Source of the DNA: Nitrososphaerota archaeon
GTDB taxonomy: Archaea > Thermoproteota > Nitrososphaeria > Nitrososphaerales > Gagatemarchaeaceae
DNA length: 32,034 bases
Direction: 5' to 3'
NCBI GenBank assembly: GCA_016200025.1
Contig: JACQFO010000007.1
Coordinates: forward strand, 1 to 32,034
Shown here: piece after piece, positions 1 through 9,415 of the stretch
Numbering within the stretch: position 1 is the stretch's first letter
Layout: every line of letters starts with the position of its first letter
Program-made: the position numbers and the translations under genes
The notes under the pieces: generated by a model
What the model saw: only the letters and a program-made list of their open reading frames with translations
The model's database searches: none
What the model was told of the DNA's origin: nothing

Positions 1-1270
1 GCCCTTCCTCACCCAACCTGCGGGCAGGGTCGCCCGTGCACATTTCCTCGCTTCCCAGGATCGCGTACGAGATGCCGGCCTTGCCGAGGATCTTGGCCAT
101 CGCCTTCGCCACACCCTGCGCCCTCTGGTCGAATGAGGCCACGCACCCCACCCAGAACAGGTACTCCGCGCCGGGGTTGGATGCGAGAGGTGGTATCCCT
201 AGGCCCGCTGCCCAGTCTCCCCTGGTCGACTGCTTCAGGCCGTAGGGGTTCTGGGCCTGCGCGAGGTTCTGGAGCATGCCGGTCTTTTCCCTGTCGAGCT
301 TCGACCTTCCCACGAGCTCACGCCTCAGGTCGTAGACTATGTCGAGGTGCTTGACGCTGACCGGGCAGCTGCTCACGCACGCCCCGCAAGACGTGCAGGA
401 CCACAGTTCGTCCTCATCGACTGCGGACAGCGGGTCTGCGGCCAGCCCCTCCGTACTTGAGAGCAGGCTGAGCTTTCTTACCAGGACTCTTGGAGATAGC
501 GGTCTCCCGGCGGCCGTGGCCGGGCACGCAGCTTCGCAGGCCCCTATCTCCACACAAGAATCGAAGGAGAGATGTTCGTAGGGCTCGAACTCTGAGAGCT
601 TCCCCACGCCGGACTTCACTTCGGCAGCGTCGGCCTTCCCCGATACCACGTCGGCCAGGCTGAAGGGTGCCCGAATGGAGGGGAGGGGTCTGTCGAAGGT
701 GGAGACCAGGTTGACAGTGGGCTTGGCATAGTAGGCCGCCACTAGCATGTTCCTTGCTATGCCGAGGCCCGCCCCATACGTCGAAGCCCCGGCAATCCAA
801 GCGATGACGAGCTCGGAGGCTGTGAGCGCGATGGCGAGCATCAGCACGACCTGGAGCAGAGTGGAGGCGGAGGAGACCCCCTTCTCCACGCGGAGGAGTT
901 CCTTCTCGACCTTCTTGCTCCTGACGAACCGCTGAATCCTCCATACGAAGGCAGCGGCGAGGCCCACGACGAGGGGCAACGAGGCCAGGAGAAGGAGGGG
1001 CTTCAGCAACGGCAGGTACTGCAAGACGGGGTCGAGGACGAAGATGGCGATGGAAAGTCCCACCCCTGCCGCTATGGAGATGTGCATCAGGAAGACGGCG
1101 TCGAAAGTAAGGAGGCGGCGGAGCTCGTCCTTGGTGAGGGCCAGGATCCTTCCGATGCCGAGCGGGACCCCGGCCCTTCTGGCCTGGGAAAGGATCGCAT
1201 ACGAGATTGCAAGGAGGCTCGCGAGAAACCCGCCGTAGGCGACAAGGTAGACTGCCCCCGTGTCCGCCAT
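1..1270 (-). CDS. Membrane-anchored Fe-S oxidoreductase, FadF/EtfD/HdrD-GlpC family (3' part runs off the window)
   Basis: Translated by hand because it is not in the ORF track. ATG at 1270 gives MADTGAVYLVAYGGFLASLLAISYAIL..., several TM helices, ferredoxin motifs CVEIGACEAACP and WSCTSCGACVSSCP, then NPYG, YLFWVGCVASFDQRAQ and EEMCTGDPARRLGEEG (CCG-domain start). It lies downstream of etfA. Confidence 0.9.
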   Translation of the reverse strand, partial: MADTGAVYLVAYGGFLASLLAISYAILSQARRAGVPLGIGRILALTKDELRRLLTFDAVFLMHISIAAGVGLSIAIFVLDPVLQYLPLLKPLLLLASLPLVVGLAAAFVWRIQRFVRSKKVEKELLRVEKGVSSASTLLQVVLMLAIALTASELVIAWIAGASTYGAGLGIARNMLVAAYYAKPTVNLVSTFDRPLPSIRAPFSLADVVSGKADAAEVKSGVGKLSEFEPYEHLSFDSCVEIGACEAACPATAAGRPLSPRVLVRKLSLLSSTEGLAADPLSAVDEDELWSCTSCGACVSSCPVSVKHLDIVYDLRRELVGRSKLDREKTGMLQNLAQAQNPYGLKQSTRGDWAAGLGIPPLASNPGAEYLFWVGCVASFDQRAQGVAKAMAKILGKAGISYAILGSEEMCTGDPARRLGEEG

Positions 1271-1293
1271 TGAGCGGGACCGAGGTAGGTCGG

Positions 1294-1300
1294 CTTAAAG
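1294..1300 (-). promoter_or_regulatory. Putative TATA box (CTTTAAG) for the Fe-S oxidoreductase
   Basis: AT-rich element 24-30 nt upstream of ATG 1270 in a GC-rich background. Confidence 0.55.
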
Positions 1301-1332
1301 ACTTGTTCGGTTCGAATTTTCCAGAAGATGCG

Positions 1333-2274
1333 TCAGGCCCTCTTGGTCCCGGAGAGAGCCGAACTGAGCGCAGGGACGACCTGGTAGAGGTCGCCGACAA
1401 TCCCGTAATCTGAAGACTGGAAGATCGGGGCGTCCTTGTCAGTGTTTATCGCCACTACGATCTTTGAGTCCTTCATGCCCGCCACGTGCTGCAGCTGCCC
1501 CGATATGCCGATTGCGATGTACAAGTCGGGCCGGACGGTCAACCCTGTCAATCCGATGTGATGTTCCTCCGGCAGCCAGCCCAGGTCTGAGGAGAGCGGC
1601 CTCGAGCATCCGAGGGCGCCTCCCATCTGCTTGGCCAGGTCGCCGAGCATGGCCAGGTCTTCCTTCTTCCTAACGCCTCTGCCCGCGGAGACGATCAGCT
1701 TCGCCTGTTTCAGGTCGACGGCCCCGGCCTCCTTCTTGACTCTCCCCGTCCTCCTGGTCGTGCCCGGCAGGTCTCCCACGTCGAACTCCTCCACCCTGTC
1801 CGAGGATCCGGTCCCCCAGGCAAAGAGACCCGGCTTCACGGTGACCACGTTCGGGAACTTGCACTCGATGGTCGCGAGGACCCTTCCTGCGTAGGCGCTT
1901 CTCTCCGCTGTCAGGGTGTCCCCATGGGCGGTAAGTTTGACAGCGTCTGAGATGCAGCCTACCCCGAGCTTGGCAGCCAGCCTAGCCGCGACCTCCCTCC
2001 CGTCCCTGGTGGAACCCACGAGAATCGCAGTCGGCCGGAGCTTCTCGGCGGCCCGGCGAAGGGCCTCGGCCGCAGTTTCAGAGGAGAACCCCGGTCCGGA
2101 CCCGCTCTTCAGGAGCAGCTTGCCCCCCGAAGCTTGGACGGAACCGCGCAGCTGACCCAGCTCTACGACCTCGGACCGGGCTCCCAGCTGGGTGGCTACG
2201 CTCTCCGACGCACCCGAGACCTCGTTGGCTAGGCTTTCGACCTCCGAGTAGGCCCAGACCGCTGGCTCATCCAT
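1333..2274 (-). CDS. etfA: Electron transfer flavoprotein alpha subunit
   Basis: IVSAGRG, GCSRPL, IGLTGLTVRPDLYIAIGISGQLQHVAGM, AINTDKDAPIF, DYGIVGDL; TGATG overlap with etfB. Confidence 0.96.
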   Translation of the reverse strand: MDEPAVWAYSEVESLANEVSGASESVATQLGARSEVVELGQLRGSVQASGGKLLLKSGSGPGFSSETAAEALRRAAEKLRPTAILVGSTRDGREVAARLAAKLGVGCISDAVKLTAHGDTLTAERSAYAGRVLATIECKFPNVVTVKPGLFAWGTGSSDRVEEFDVGDLPGTTRRTGRVKKEAGAVDLKQAKLIVSAGRGVRKKEDLAMLGDLAKQMGGALGCSRPLSSDLGWLPEEHHIGLTGLTVRPDLYIAIGISGQLQHVAGMKDSKIVVAINTDKDAPIFQSSDYGIVGDLYQVVPALSSALSGTKRA

Positions 2275-3035
2275 CAGAGGACGCCTTCCTTTCGCAATGC
2301 ATCAAGAAGCTTCCTCGCAGCGTCGCCGGGGGAACCCTCGATGATCAGGTGCTTCCGGGCGGCCTGCTGTGCGGACATGGAGACGACCGTGGGGGCTGAG
2401 CGGGACTCGGCGCTCCCCGCTTCGTCCGGGCGCCTCTCCTCGATGGGCTTCTTGGCTGCTTGCATTATCTGTATGAGCGTAGGGTATCTTGGCTCGTTGA
2501 TTTCGCTGACGACCGCGATGACGAGGGGCGTCCGGGCCTCGACTGTCTCCACGCTGTCCTCCAGGGCCCTTTCAGCAACAACGCCTCCATCCTTGGCTTC
2601 GACCTTCCTTGCGTAGCCCACGTAGGGCACGCCTAGAAGCTCCGCCAGCATCGGCGGCACCTGGCCAGTGTATGTGTCCGAGGACCCTTCGGAACAGATG
2701 ACGAAGTCGTAGGGCCCGTCCTTGCGGATCGCGTCCGCCAGCCGTCCCGCCGTTCGGAGGGAGTCTCCAGTCGCAGTGCCCGGGATGATCAGGACACCTT
2801 TGTCGGCGCCCATGGCGAGGGCCTCTTTGACCGTCTTCCTTGCCTCCGGCGGTCCCACGGTCAGAATAGTGACTTCTCCTCCCACGGATGAGCGGATCCT
2901 CAGGGCCTCCTCCACCGCGTTCTTGTCGAAGGTGCTCATCTTGTATGCTGCACCTTCAATCAGGGGCCTCCCGCTGGAATCCACCTTGAGCTCCGTCTCG
3001 TCGACCGCGTGCTTCACGCAGACGGCCAGCTTCAT
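2274..3035 (-). CDS. etfB: Electron transfer flavoprotein beta subunit
   Basis: Starts MKLAVCVK at ATG 3035 (ATGA overlap with the acyl-CoA dehydrogenase stop); FDKNAVEEALR, ALAMGAD, SSDTYTGQVPPMLAELLG, INEPRYP. Confidence 0.96.
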   Translation of the reverse strand: MKLAVCVKHAVDETELKVDSSGRPLIEGAAYKMSTFDKNAVEEALRIRSSVGGEVTILTVGPPEARKTVKEALAMGADKGVLIIPGTATGDSLRTAGRLADAIRKDGPYDFVICSEGSSDTYTGQVPPMLAELLGVPYVGYARKVEAKDGGVVAERALEDSVETVEARTPLVIAVVSEINEPRYPTLIQIMQAAKKPIEERRPDEAGSAESRSAPTVVSMSAQQAARKHLIIEGSPGDAARKLLDALRKEGVL

Positions 3036-4198
3036 GCGGAGCGCGCCAGTTCCCTGCTCGCTATCAGCAGCCGCAGGACCTCTGAAGTACCCTCTCCTAT
3101 TGTCAGGAGGCGGGCGTCCCTCCAGTGCCTGTGAACGTCCTCGGTCGTGTATCCATGCCCGCCGAAGACCTGTATCGCCATGTCGCAGACCCTTACCGCC
3201 ATCTCGGTGGCGAAGACCTTGGCCTGGGCAGCCTCGGAAGAGTACTCCACCGAGCCTTCCCTCGCCCGAGCGGCGTGCATGCACAGGAGCCTTCCAGCCG
3301 TGATGCCTGTCTTCATGTCTGCGATCTTCTCCTTGGTGAGCTGGAAGTCCGAGATGGGCGAGCCGAAGGCCCTGCGCTGTTTGCTGTATGAGAGGGCCTT
3401 GTCATAGGCTGCCCGCGCTACGCCCACGCAGAGCGACCCCATGACTATCCTGCTGCCGCTGAGCATCCTCTTCGCATATTCGAACCCCTGGCCCTCCTCC
3501 CCGACAAGGGCGTCGGCCGGGACCTCGCAGTCGACGAACCTCACCTCCGAGGTCCTGGACCCGCGCATCCCAAGCTTGGGGAGGTCCTCCCCGAAGCTCA
3601 TTCCGGGGTTCGGGCTCTCGACTATGAAGCTCGACGGGCCCTTCTCGGTCGCTGCGAAGACGAAGTAGACATCGGCCTCGCCCGCGTTGGTGATGAAGGC
3701 TTTTGAACCGTTGATCATGTAGCCCCGAGGAGTCTTCTTCGCCTTCGTGGCCATGGTCTTAGCGTCCGAACCAGAGGTGGGTTCCGTGAGGCTGAATGAC
3801 GCGACCTTCTTCCCGGAGATGATGTCGGACACGTATTTCCTCTTCTGGTCTTCGCTGCCAAACTGGAAGATCCCTTCGGCCGCCGTGTTGTGAATCGCGA
3901 CGCTGAGCGCCATGCCAGCGTCCGCGTACCCTGCCAACTCTGCAGCGAGGACATAGACGCCGAAGGGCAACCCGAGGCCCCCGTACTCCTTCGGGTAGCC
4001 GATCTGGCAGAATCCTTGCTCGAGGAGCCGCGCCCTGGTCGAATCCATCTTCGCGGACCCATCGTCGAACTTCTGGGAGAGGGGAAGGACCTTCTCCTCC
4101 ATGAACGCCCCCAGCGCACCGAGCAACTCCGCATAGACTTCGTGCTGGGCGTAGTTGGACTTCAACAGCAGGCGATGCTCGGACGTCAAAAGCACCAT
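3032..4198 (-). CDS. Acyl-CoA dehydrogenase (short/branched-chain type)
   Basis: FSLTEPTSGSD, INGSKAFITNA, KLGMRGS, RRAFG, IQVFGGHGY, RLLTIGEGTSE (catalytic Glu in the SCAD/MCAD position). Confidence 0.95.
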   Translation of the reverse strand: MVLLTSEHRLLLKSNYAQHEVYAELLGALGAFMEEKVLPLSQKFDDGSAKMDSTRARLLEQGFCQIGYPKEYGGLGLPFGVYVLAAELAGYADAGMALSVAIHNTAAEGIFQFGSEDQKRKYVSDIISGKKVASFSLTEPTSGSDAKTMATKAKKTPRGYMINGSKAFITNAGEADVYFVFAATEKGPSSFIVESPNPGMSFGEDLPKLGMRGSRTSEVRFVDCEVPADALVGEEGQGFEYAKRMLSGSRIVMGSLCVGVARAAYDKALSYSKQRRAFGSPISDFQLTKEKIADMKTGITAGRLLCMHAARAREGSVEYSSEAAQAKVFATEMAVRVCDMAIQVFGGHGYTTEDVHRHWRDARLLTIGEGTSEVLRLLIASRELARSA

Positions 4199-4227
4199 CG
4201 GACTTTCGTGCGCGCCCTCGCTCCGAG

Positions 4228-4268
4228 TGATTTAATGGTTCTTGTGAGAGATGAGAAATTCTAAAAGA
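4228..4268. promoter_or_regulatory. Divergent promoter region (ATTAAAT on the minus strand near 4230-4236; TTCTAAAA on the plus strand near 4259-4266)
   Basis: AT-rich boxes preceded by GAA-type BRE-like purines, about 25-35 nt upstream of ATG 4198 (-) and ATG 4290 (+). Confidence 0.5.
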
Positions 4269-4289
4269 AGAGCCCCCGATGGCGGCCGC

Positions 4290-5672
4290 ATGACACTTGC
4301 CGCCCGCCTGGCCCGTTACGTCCTCTCTCTGAGATATTCCGACCTCGACGCGGGCACGGTGAGGGCGACGAAGGTCAGGGTCATCGATGCGCTGGGGTGC
4401 GCCATAGGGGCCTGCGGGGCGCCGCCCGTCGCCGAAGCCAGGAGGGCCGTCGCTTACATGTCACCAAAGGGGCCGTCTACGATACTTGGGACGGCCAGTT
4501 CGGCGTCCCCGGACCTCGCCGCCTTCGTCAACGGGCTCATGATCAGATACTTCGACTTCAACGATACGTACCTGTCCAAAGAGCCTGCCCATCCGAGCGA
4601 CAATCTTGGTGCGGTCTTCGCGGTCGCAGAGTCAGAGAGGGCCAGCGGGAAGGAGCTCATCGCCGCTGCGGTCGCAGCCTACGAAGTTCAGTGCAGGCTC
4701 TGCGACGCCGCAGATATCAGGCACAGGGGCTGGGACCATGTCAACTACGGGCTCGTTTCTACGCCCCTGGCCTCTGCGAAATTGATGGGGCTTGAGCTGG
4801 GGAAGGCGACGCAGGCGGTGAACATCGCCCTCAACTCCCACATCGCGATGAGGCAGGTGAGGGCAGGCGACCTCTCGATGTGGAAGGGCGCGTCCTTCGC
4901 CAACGCGGCAAGGAACGGCGTCTTCGCCGCGCTCCTGGCCAGGGAAGGGTTCACCGGACCCGCGCCGATCTTCGAAGGCGAGATGGGATTCTTCAAGCAG
5001 GTTTCAGGCCCGTTCAGGCTCGACGTCTCCCGCTTCGGCGGCGGAAGGGTGCCCTACAGGGTCAACGACACCTACATCAAGTTCTGGCCGGCCGAGTACC
5101 ACGCCCAGACAGCGATCTGGGCGGCCCTCGAACTGAGGAAGAAGGTAGAGGACATCGGTTCCATCGCTTCGGTCCTCGTCCAGACCCATGAAGCCGGATA
5201 TACCATACTTGCCGGGAGAGAGAAGTGGAAGCCCAAGACCAAGGAGACTGCGGACCACAGCCTACCGTACATCGTGGGAATGGCACTTGCCAAGGGCATC
5301 ATCGACAACTCGACCTACTCCGAGAAGAACCTGGGGGACCCTCGAAACTTGGGGATGGTCAAGAAAGTCAGGGTGAAAGAAGACCGCAGGCTCACTGCGA
5401 TGTACCCCCTAGGGGGCATGCCGAACAGGGTCACCATCGGCTTCGTCGGTGGCGGATCCGCCTCGGCTGAGGTCGCGGTCCCGAGGGGGCACCCGAAGAA
5501 CCCGATGTCCGTGCGCGAGGTGGAGTCGAAGTTCATGGGCCTCACGAGGAGACAGCTGGGCGAAGACCGTGCCCGGGAAGCCCTGAAGTCGCTGTGGCAG
5601 CTGGAATCCGCGGCGGACATAGGTCGGGTCCTGGGGCTGCTTGACGTCCGCGAAGCCCGCTCAAAGCCTTAA
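4290..5672 (+). CDS. prpD: MmgE/PrpD family protein, 2-methylcitrate dehydratase-like
   Basis: IDALGCAIGA, IRYFDFNDTYLSKEPAHPSDN, GWDH, SMWKGASFANAARNG, IKFWPAEYHAQ, TADHSLPY, RGHPKNPMS; start trimmed to ATG 4290. Confidence 0.88.
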   Translation: MTLAARLARYVLSLRYSDLDAGTVRATKVRVIDALGCAIGACGAPPVAEARRAVAYMSPKGPSTILGTASSASPDLAAFVNGLMIRYFDFNDTYLSKEPAHPSDNLGAVFAVAESERASGKELIAAAVAAYEVQCRLCDAADIRHRGWDHVNYGLVSTPLASAKLMGLELGKATQAVNIALNSHIAMRQVRAGDLSMWKGASFANAARNGVFAALLAREGFTGPAPIFEGEMGFFKQVSGPFRLDVSRFGGGRVPYRVNDTYIKFWPAEYHAQTAIWAALELRKKVEDIGSIASVLVQTHEAGYTILAGREKWKPKTKETADHSLPYIVGMALAKGIIDNSTYSEKNLGDPRNLGMVKKVRVKEDRRLTAMYPLGGMPNRVTIGFVGGGSASAEVAVPRGHPKNPMSVREVESKFMGLTRRQLGEDRAREALKSLWQLESAADIGRVLGLLDVREARSKP

Positions 5673-5698
5673 AGCGCGAACGCCGCGCCCGTGCATCG

Positions 5699-6685
5699 AT
5701 GAAGCTAGCGCTCGGCTTCAACCCTGTCATGAGCGCACGGGAGATGGCCGGACTCGCGGTCAAGGCGGAAGCCTTGGGATACGACTCGATGTGGATGCAC
5801 GAGAGCCTCTTCCAACGCGACGTGGTAACCTACATCGCGGCCATGACCTCCGCGACCAAAACGATCCGCGTGGGCTCTGGGATCATGAACACGTTCACTC
5901 GCCACCCGGTGGCCGCTGCCTCGACATTCGCTACGCTCTCCGAGCTGTCCGGAGGAAGGGTCATCTTCGGGCTCGGGCTTGGCAGCTTCCCTACGATCCC
6001 TCTGATAGGACAGCAGATCTTCCCAGTGGAGAAGACTCGTCCCCTCAGAAGGATGAAGGAGTATCTGGAGGTCGTGAGAAGAGTCTGGAGCGGGGAGAAG
6101 GTCGAGTACGAGGGCGAGTTCTTCAAGGTCCACAACCTCACCCTAGGATTCAAGGTCGAGCGCCAGATCCCTGTCTTCCTGGCTTCGATGTCGCCGAAGA
6201 CGCAATCCTACGCGGCGACGGTCGCCGACGGGGTCATCCTATCCCCGGCCCTGAGCACAGTCAAAGTGACGAAGGCCATGATAGGGAACGTCGTTTCTGG
6301 CGAGGCCAGAAGCGGTAGGAAGGTCGAGCGCGCCTCATACATGATGACCTCCGTCGACCCTGACCCGGCCAAGGCGAAGGAGGCGGTCAGGAACTACTAC
6401 TTCTTCGTCTACCAACTTTCCGACGTCGTGAAGCCCGAAGCGCTGCTACCATATGGAGTGACCGAGGTGAGGCTCGCTCCCATGAAGGAGGCTTGGAAGC
6501 GCGGCGACGTGGCTGAGGCGAAACGCCTCATCCCGGACGAAGCGATCGATGCGCTGGCTGTAGTGGGAGACGAAGACCACGTCCGAGACCGCGTCAAAGA
6601 ATATCTGGACGTCGGGGTGACGCTCCCCATTCTCATGCCCATCGGAAACGTAGAGTACGCGATGTCGACGCTGGCGCCTAGGTAA
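5699..6685 (+). CDS. Luciferase-like (LLM) flavin/F420-dependent oxidoreductase, Mer-like
   Basis: AEALGYDSMWMHE, TKTIRVGSGIMNTFTRHP, ATLSELSGGRVIFGLGLG, GEKVEYEGEFF, ADGVIL; CTTAAA box overlapping the prpD stop about 27 nt upstream. Confidence 0.9.
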   Translation: MKLALGFNPVMSAREMAGLAVKAEALGYDSMWMHESLFQRDVVTYIAAMTSATKTIRVGSGIMNTFTRHPVAAASTFATLSELSGGRVIFGLGLGSFPTIPLIGQQIFPVEKTRPLRRMKEYLEVVRRVWSGEKVEYEGEFFKVHNLTLGFKVERQIPVFLASMSPKTQSYAATVADGVILSPALSTVKVTKAMIGNVVSGEARSGRKVERASYMMTSVDPDPAKAKEAVRNYYFFVYQLSDVVKPEALLPYGVTEVRLAPMKEAWKRGDVAEAKRLIPDEAIDALAVVGDEDHVRDRVKEYLDVGVTLPILMPIGNVEYAMSTLAPR

Positions 6686-7609
6686 GTGCGGACGTTGGGC
6701 GGCGAAAAGGTCCGGCTCATCCCGAGGCTTGTCAGGGCCCAGTTCACTCCTATCATGATAGCCCCGGTGGTCCTTGGGGCTGCCCTGGCATGGCACGTGG
6801 ACGGAGCCTTTTCTCCTTCGCTCTTCCTCCTCGTGGCGCTGGGGGCAGTCTGCCTGCACCTGGCCGCGAACGCCATCGACGACGTCTATGACTACGTGAA
6901 CGGGACGGACGCAGTCGCTGAGAAGATGTTCCCGCCCGACGCGCCGGGATGGAAGCCGATTCCGAGGGGTTCCTTGACCCTCGGGGACGCCTTCAAGGTC
7001 TCGTACATGCTGTACGGTGCTTCACTGGCCATCGGAGCCGCACTCTCTTTTGTCGTAGGATGGTACGCGCTGGCAATAGCGCTGCCCGGAATCATTCTGA
7101 GCTACTTCTACACTGCCCCGCCCCTCCGCCTCGACTACCGTGGGCTCGGGCTGGGCGAGCTCTCGATCCTCCTGGGCTTCGGCCCGATACCCGCACTGGG
7201 GGCCTACTATGTCATGGCGGGCCACCTCTCGGCGCTGCCCGTCCTCGTCGCTGTCCCGACTGGACTCATGACCGTGTCAGTCTTGATCTCCCACGACCAG
7301 ATCTTCTACGATGTGTACCTGCAGTCAGGCAAGAGGTCGCTCACCGTCGTCCTCGGCAGGAGGAGGGCCTCGATCCTCCTGACTCTCCTGGGCGCCGCCG
7401 CCTATTTGATGGTCGCCGCGATGGTCGCAGTCCAGATAGCCCCGACTCTGGGGCTCCTCGCACTCGGGGGCCTTCCGTTGTTCTTCAAGCTGGCGGACCT
7501 CCGCGGGGCCGTCAGGACCCCCCCGGAGTACGGGCGGAGGACCAGCCTTGCGTTCTTGCAGTCGACGATCTTTACGGGTCTCCTGGCCGCAGGACTTGTC
7601 CTTGGCTGA
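6686..7609 (+). CDS. UbiA-superfamily prenyltransferase, MenA/UBIAD1-like, with a degenerate second Asp motif
   Basis: Multi-TM protein; ANAIDDVYDYVNGTD, YFYTAPPLRLDYRGLGLGE, FGP, GKRSLTVVLG; GTG directly after the LLM TAA. Confidence 0.85.
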   Translation: MRTLGGEKVRLIPRLVRAQFTPIMIAPVVLGAALAWHVDGAFSPSLFLLVALGAVCLHLAANAIDDVYDYVNGTDAVAEKMFPPDAPGWKPIPRGSLTLGDAFKVSYMLYGASLAIGAALSFVVGWYALAIALPGIILSYFYTAPPLRLDYRGLGLGELSILLGFGPIPALGAYYVMAGHLSALPVLVAVPTGLMTVSVLISHDQIFYDVYLQSGKRSLTVVLGRRRASILLTLLGAAAYLMVAAMVAVQIAPTLGLLALGGLPLFFKLADLRGAVRTPPEYGRRTSLAFLQSTIFTGLLAAGLVLG

Positions 7610-8237
7610 ACCCGCGGCCGGGAACTCGGCAAGATGGAGCGCCGCCCTGGTGGCTGCGGCAGGGGTCTCGATGGTCGGGCTCTTCCTGCTGCCCCCCCGC
7701 TACTTCGTCGTTGGGACCTTCGTTGTGACGTCAGCAATGGCAGCGGCTGCGTACTCGGCCGGGGCCTACGGCAAGCCATCCGTGCTGAAACCCAGGTCCA
7801 TTGCAATCGGATTGCTCTCGGCAGCCCTTCTGTATGGGGTCTTCTACGCGGGCAACGCAGCCATCGTGGCTTTGAAGCCCCTGGGCCTGGACCCAGCCGC
7901 CGAGTCCGCGATCTACGGGCTGATCGCTTCGCCGTCCAACCCCCTCGCGCTGCAGGGCCTCATCCTGCTCTTCGATTCGTTGGGGTACGAGTCGCTCCTC
8001 CGGGGGGTGGTCCAAGCCCGACTCTCGCCTCGCTTGGGAGTGGGCGCCGCCCCGGCGGTCGCGCTCCTCGACGCTGGGCTCCACGCAGCCACCTTCAACC
8101 CGCTTTGGGTGGCGACCACCTTCGTGGCGGACCTGGTCTGGGGCCTGACCTACCGCTATGGCAGAGGCCTCACCGCGAGCACGACGAGCCATTTCGTCTG
8201 GGACGTGGCCATCTTCATCGTGCGCCCAATTACGTAA
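7602..8237 (+). CDS. CPBP (Abi/CAAX-like) intramembrane metalloprotease family protein
   Basis: Hydrophobic; YESLLRGVVQ, DAGLH, TTSHFVWD. Start uncertain (TTG 7596 or 7602, overlapping the end of the prenyltransferase). Confidence 0.75.
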   Translation: MAEPAAGNSARWSAALVAAAGVSMVGLFLLPPRYFVVGTFVVTSAMAAAAYSAGAYGKPSVLKPRSIAIGLLSAALLYGVFYAGNAAIVALKPLGLDPAAESAIYGLIASPSNPLALQGLILLFDSLGYESLLRGVVQARLSPRLGVGAAPAVALLDAGLHAATFNPLWVATTFVADLVWGLTYRYGRGLTASTTSHFVWDVAIFIVRPIT

Positions 8238-8240
8238 CCC

Positions 8241-8256
8241 GAGAAACCAATAATAT
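8241..8256 (+). promoter_or_regulatory. BRE/TATA-like element (GAGAAACC-AATAATAT) upstream of the thiolase-like operon
   Basis: Purine-rich BRE plus AT box about 25-32 nt upstream of GTG 8281. Confidence 0.55.
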
Positions 8257-8280
8257 CATCGTCCGTGTGGGACCGACGCC

Positions 8281-9411
8281 GTGGTCGAACGGGTAGAAAT
8301 CATAGGAGTCGGGTTCGAGGGCTTCAGGCCGTCGATAACCGACCTCTCGACCAGGGAGCTGATGTACGAGGCGGCTTCGAAGGCGTACCATGACGCCGGG
8401 GTGGACCCGAGGAAAGACATCGGCTCGTTCATTTCATGCACGGAGGACCTCTGGGAGGGCTGGAGCATAGCTGATGAAATGGTCCCCGACCAACTCGGCG
8501 GAGCTGGGAGGCCGGTCTGCACGGTTCCGGCCGACGGGATCGTGGGCCTCGGGCATGCCATCATGCACATCAGGTCCGGCGTCGCGGACGTCGTCGCGGT
8601 CGAAGCCCACAGCAAGGTGGCCGACGTCCTGGACAAGACCGCGGTCGAGAACCTCGCCCTTGACCCAGTATTTCACAGGGCCACGGGGGCGAATTCCGAT
8701 GTTCTCGCAGGGCTGGAAATGAGCTCGTTCATGGAGGAGACCGGGACGAAGAGAGGGGAACTCAGCCAGGTCGTCAGATCCGCGAAGCGCAAGGCCATGC
8801 GCAACGGACGAGCGAGCTACGGCGCTACGCTGGAGTTGGAGGAGATCGACTCTTCCGAGCCCTTGGCGCTGCCTTTGAGAAGGCTGGACAGGCCCGAGTT
8901 CGCAGAGGCTGCAGTCGTGATAGTACTCGCCTCTGGAAGCTGGGCCAAGAGGCACCGCAAGGACGGCGTATTCATCGATGGGCTGTCGTGGCGCTCTGCG
9001 ACCCCATGGTTCGAGGCGGGCGGCGTCAAGACAGCCAGATACATGCAAGACTCCTACCGGTCCGTGATGAAGCAGTCGGGGCTCAGAGACCTTTCCCAGT
9101 TCGACGTCCTCGAGGTCGACGATTCATACTCCTTCAAGCTGGTTCAGCACCTGATGTCGATGGGAGTGAGCAAGGTAGGAGTCATGGGAATGCTGAAGGA
9201 AGGGACGGCGCTCAACCCGAGCGGAGGCTCACTTGGGACCGGGCATTTGATCGAGGCGACCGGGTCGCACAAGGTCCTGGAATGCGTCCTCCAGGTCAGG
9301 GGAACCGCAGGCGGAAATCAGGCGAAAGGCGTCGGCAGGGCCTTCGCCAGTTCTTGGAGAGGCAACCCGACTGGCGCAGGGGCCGCGATAGCCCTCTCGG
9401 TGGGGAATTGA
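8281..9411 (+). CDS. Thiolase-fold (SCP2/Ltp2-like) protein lacking the catalytic Cys, subunit A
   Basis: IIGVG, ELMYEAASKAYHDAG, SGVADVVAVEAHSK, PLRRLD, DVLEVDD, LNPSGGSLGTGHLIEATG; resembles crenarchaeal thiolase-domain proteins (from memory). Confidence 0.85.
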   Translation: MVERVEIIGVGFEGFRPSITDLSTRELMYEAASKAYHDAGVDPRKDIGSFISCTEDLWEGWSIADEMVPDQLGGAGRPVCTVPADGIVGLGHAIMHIRSGVADVVAVEAHSKVADVLDKTAVENLALDPVFHRATGANSDVLAGLEMSSFMEETGTKRGELSQVVRSAKRKAMRNGRASYGATLELEEIDSSEPLALPLRRLDRPEFAEAAVVIVLASGSWAKRHRKDGVFIDGLSWRSATPWFEAGGVKTARYMQDSYRSVMKQSGLRDLSQFDVLEVDDSYSFKLVQHLMSMGVSKVGVMGMLKEGTALNPSGGSLGTGHLIEATGSHKVLECVLQVRGTAGGNQAKGVGRAFASSWRGNPTGAGAAIALSVGN

Positions 9412-9415
9412 GGGC

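Noticed and set aside
414..1400. 328-aa minus-strand ORF in the track
   Set aside because: Wrong frame, Arg/Pro-rich shadow; the real gene is the Fe-S oxidoreductase starting at 1270 in another frame
3036..3284. N-terminal extensions of EtfB, and likewise DUF35-2 (12823) and the eL22-like gene (19311)
   Set aside because: They overlap upstream genes; family N-termini, stop/start overlaps or TATA spacing define later starts
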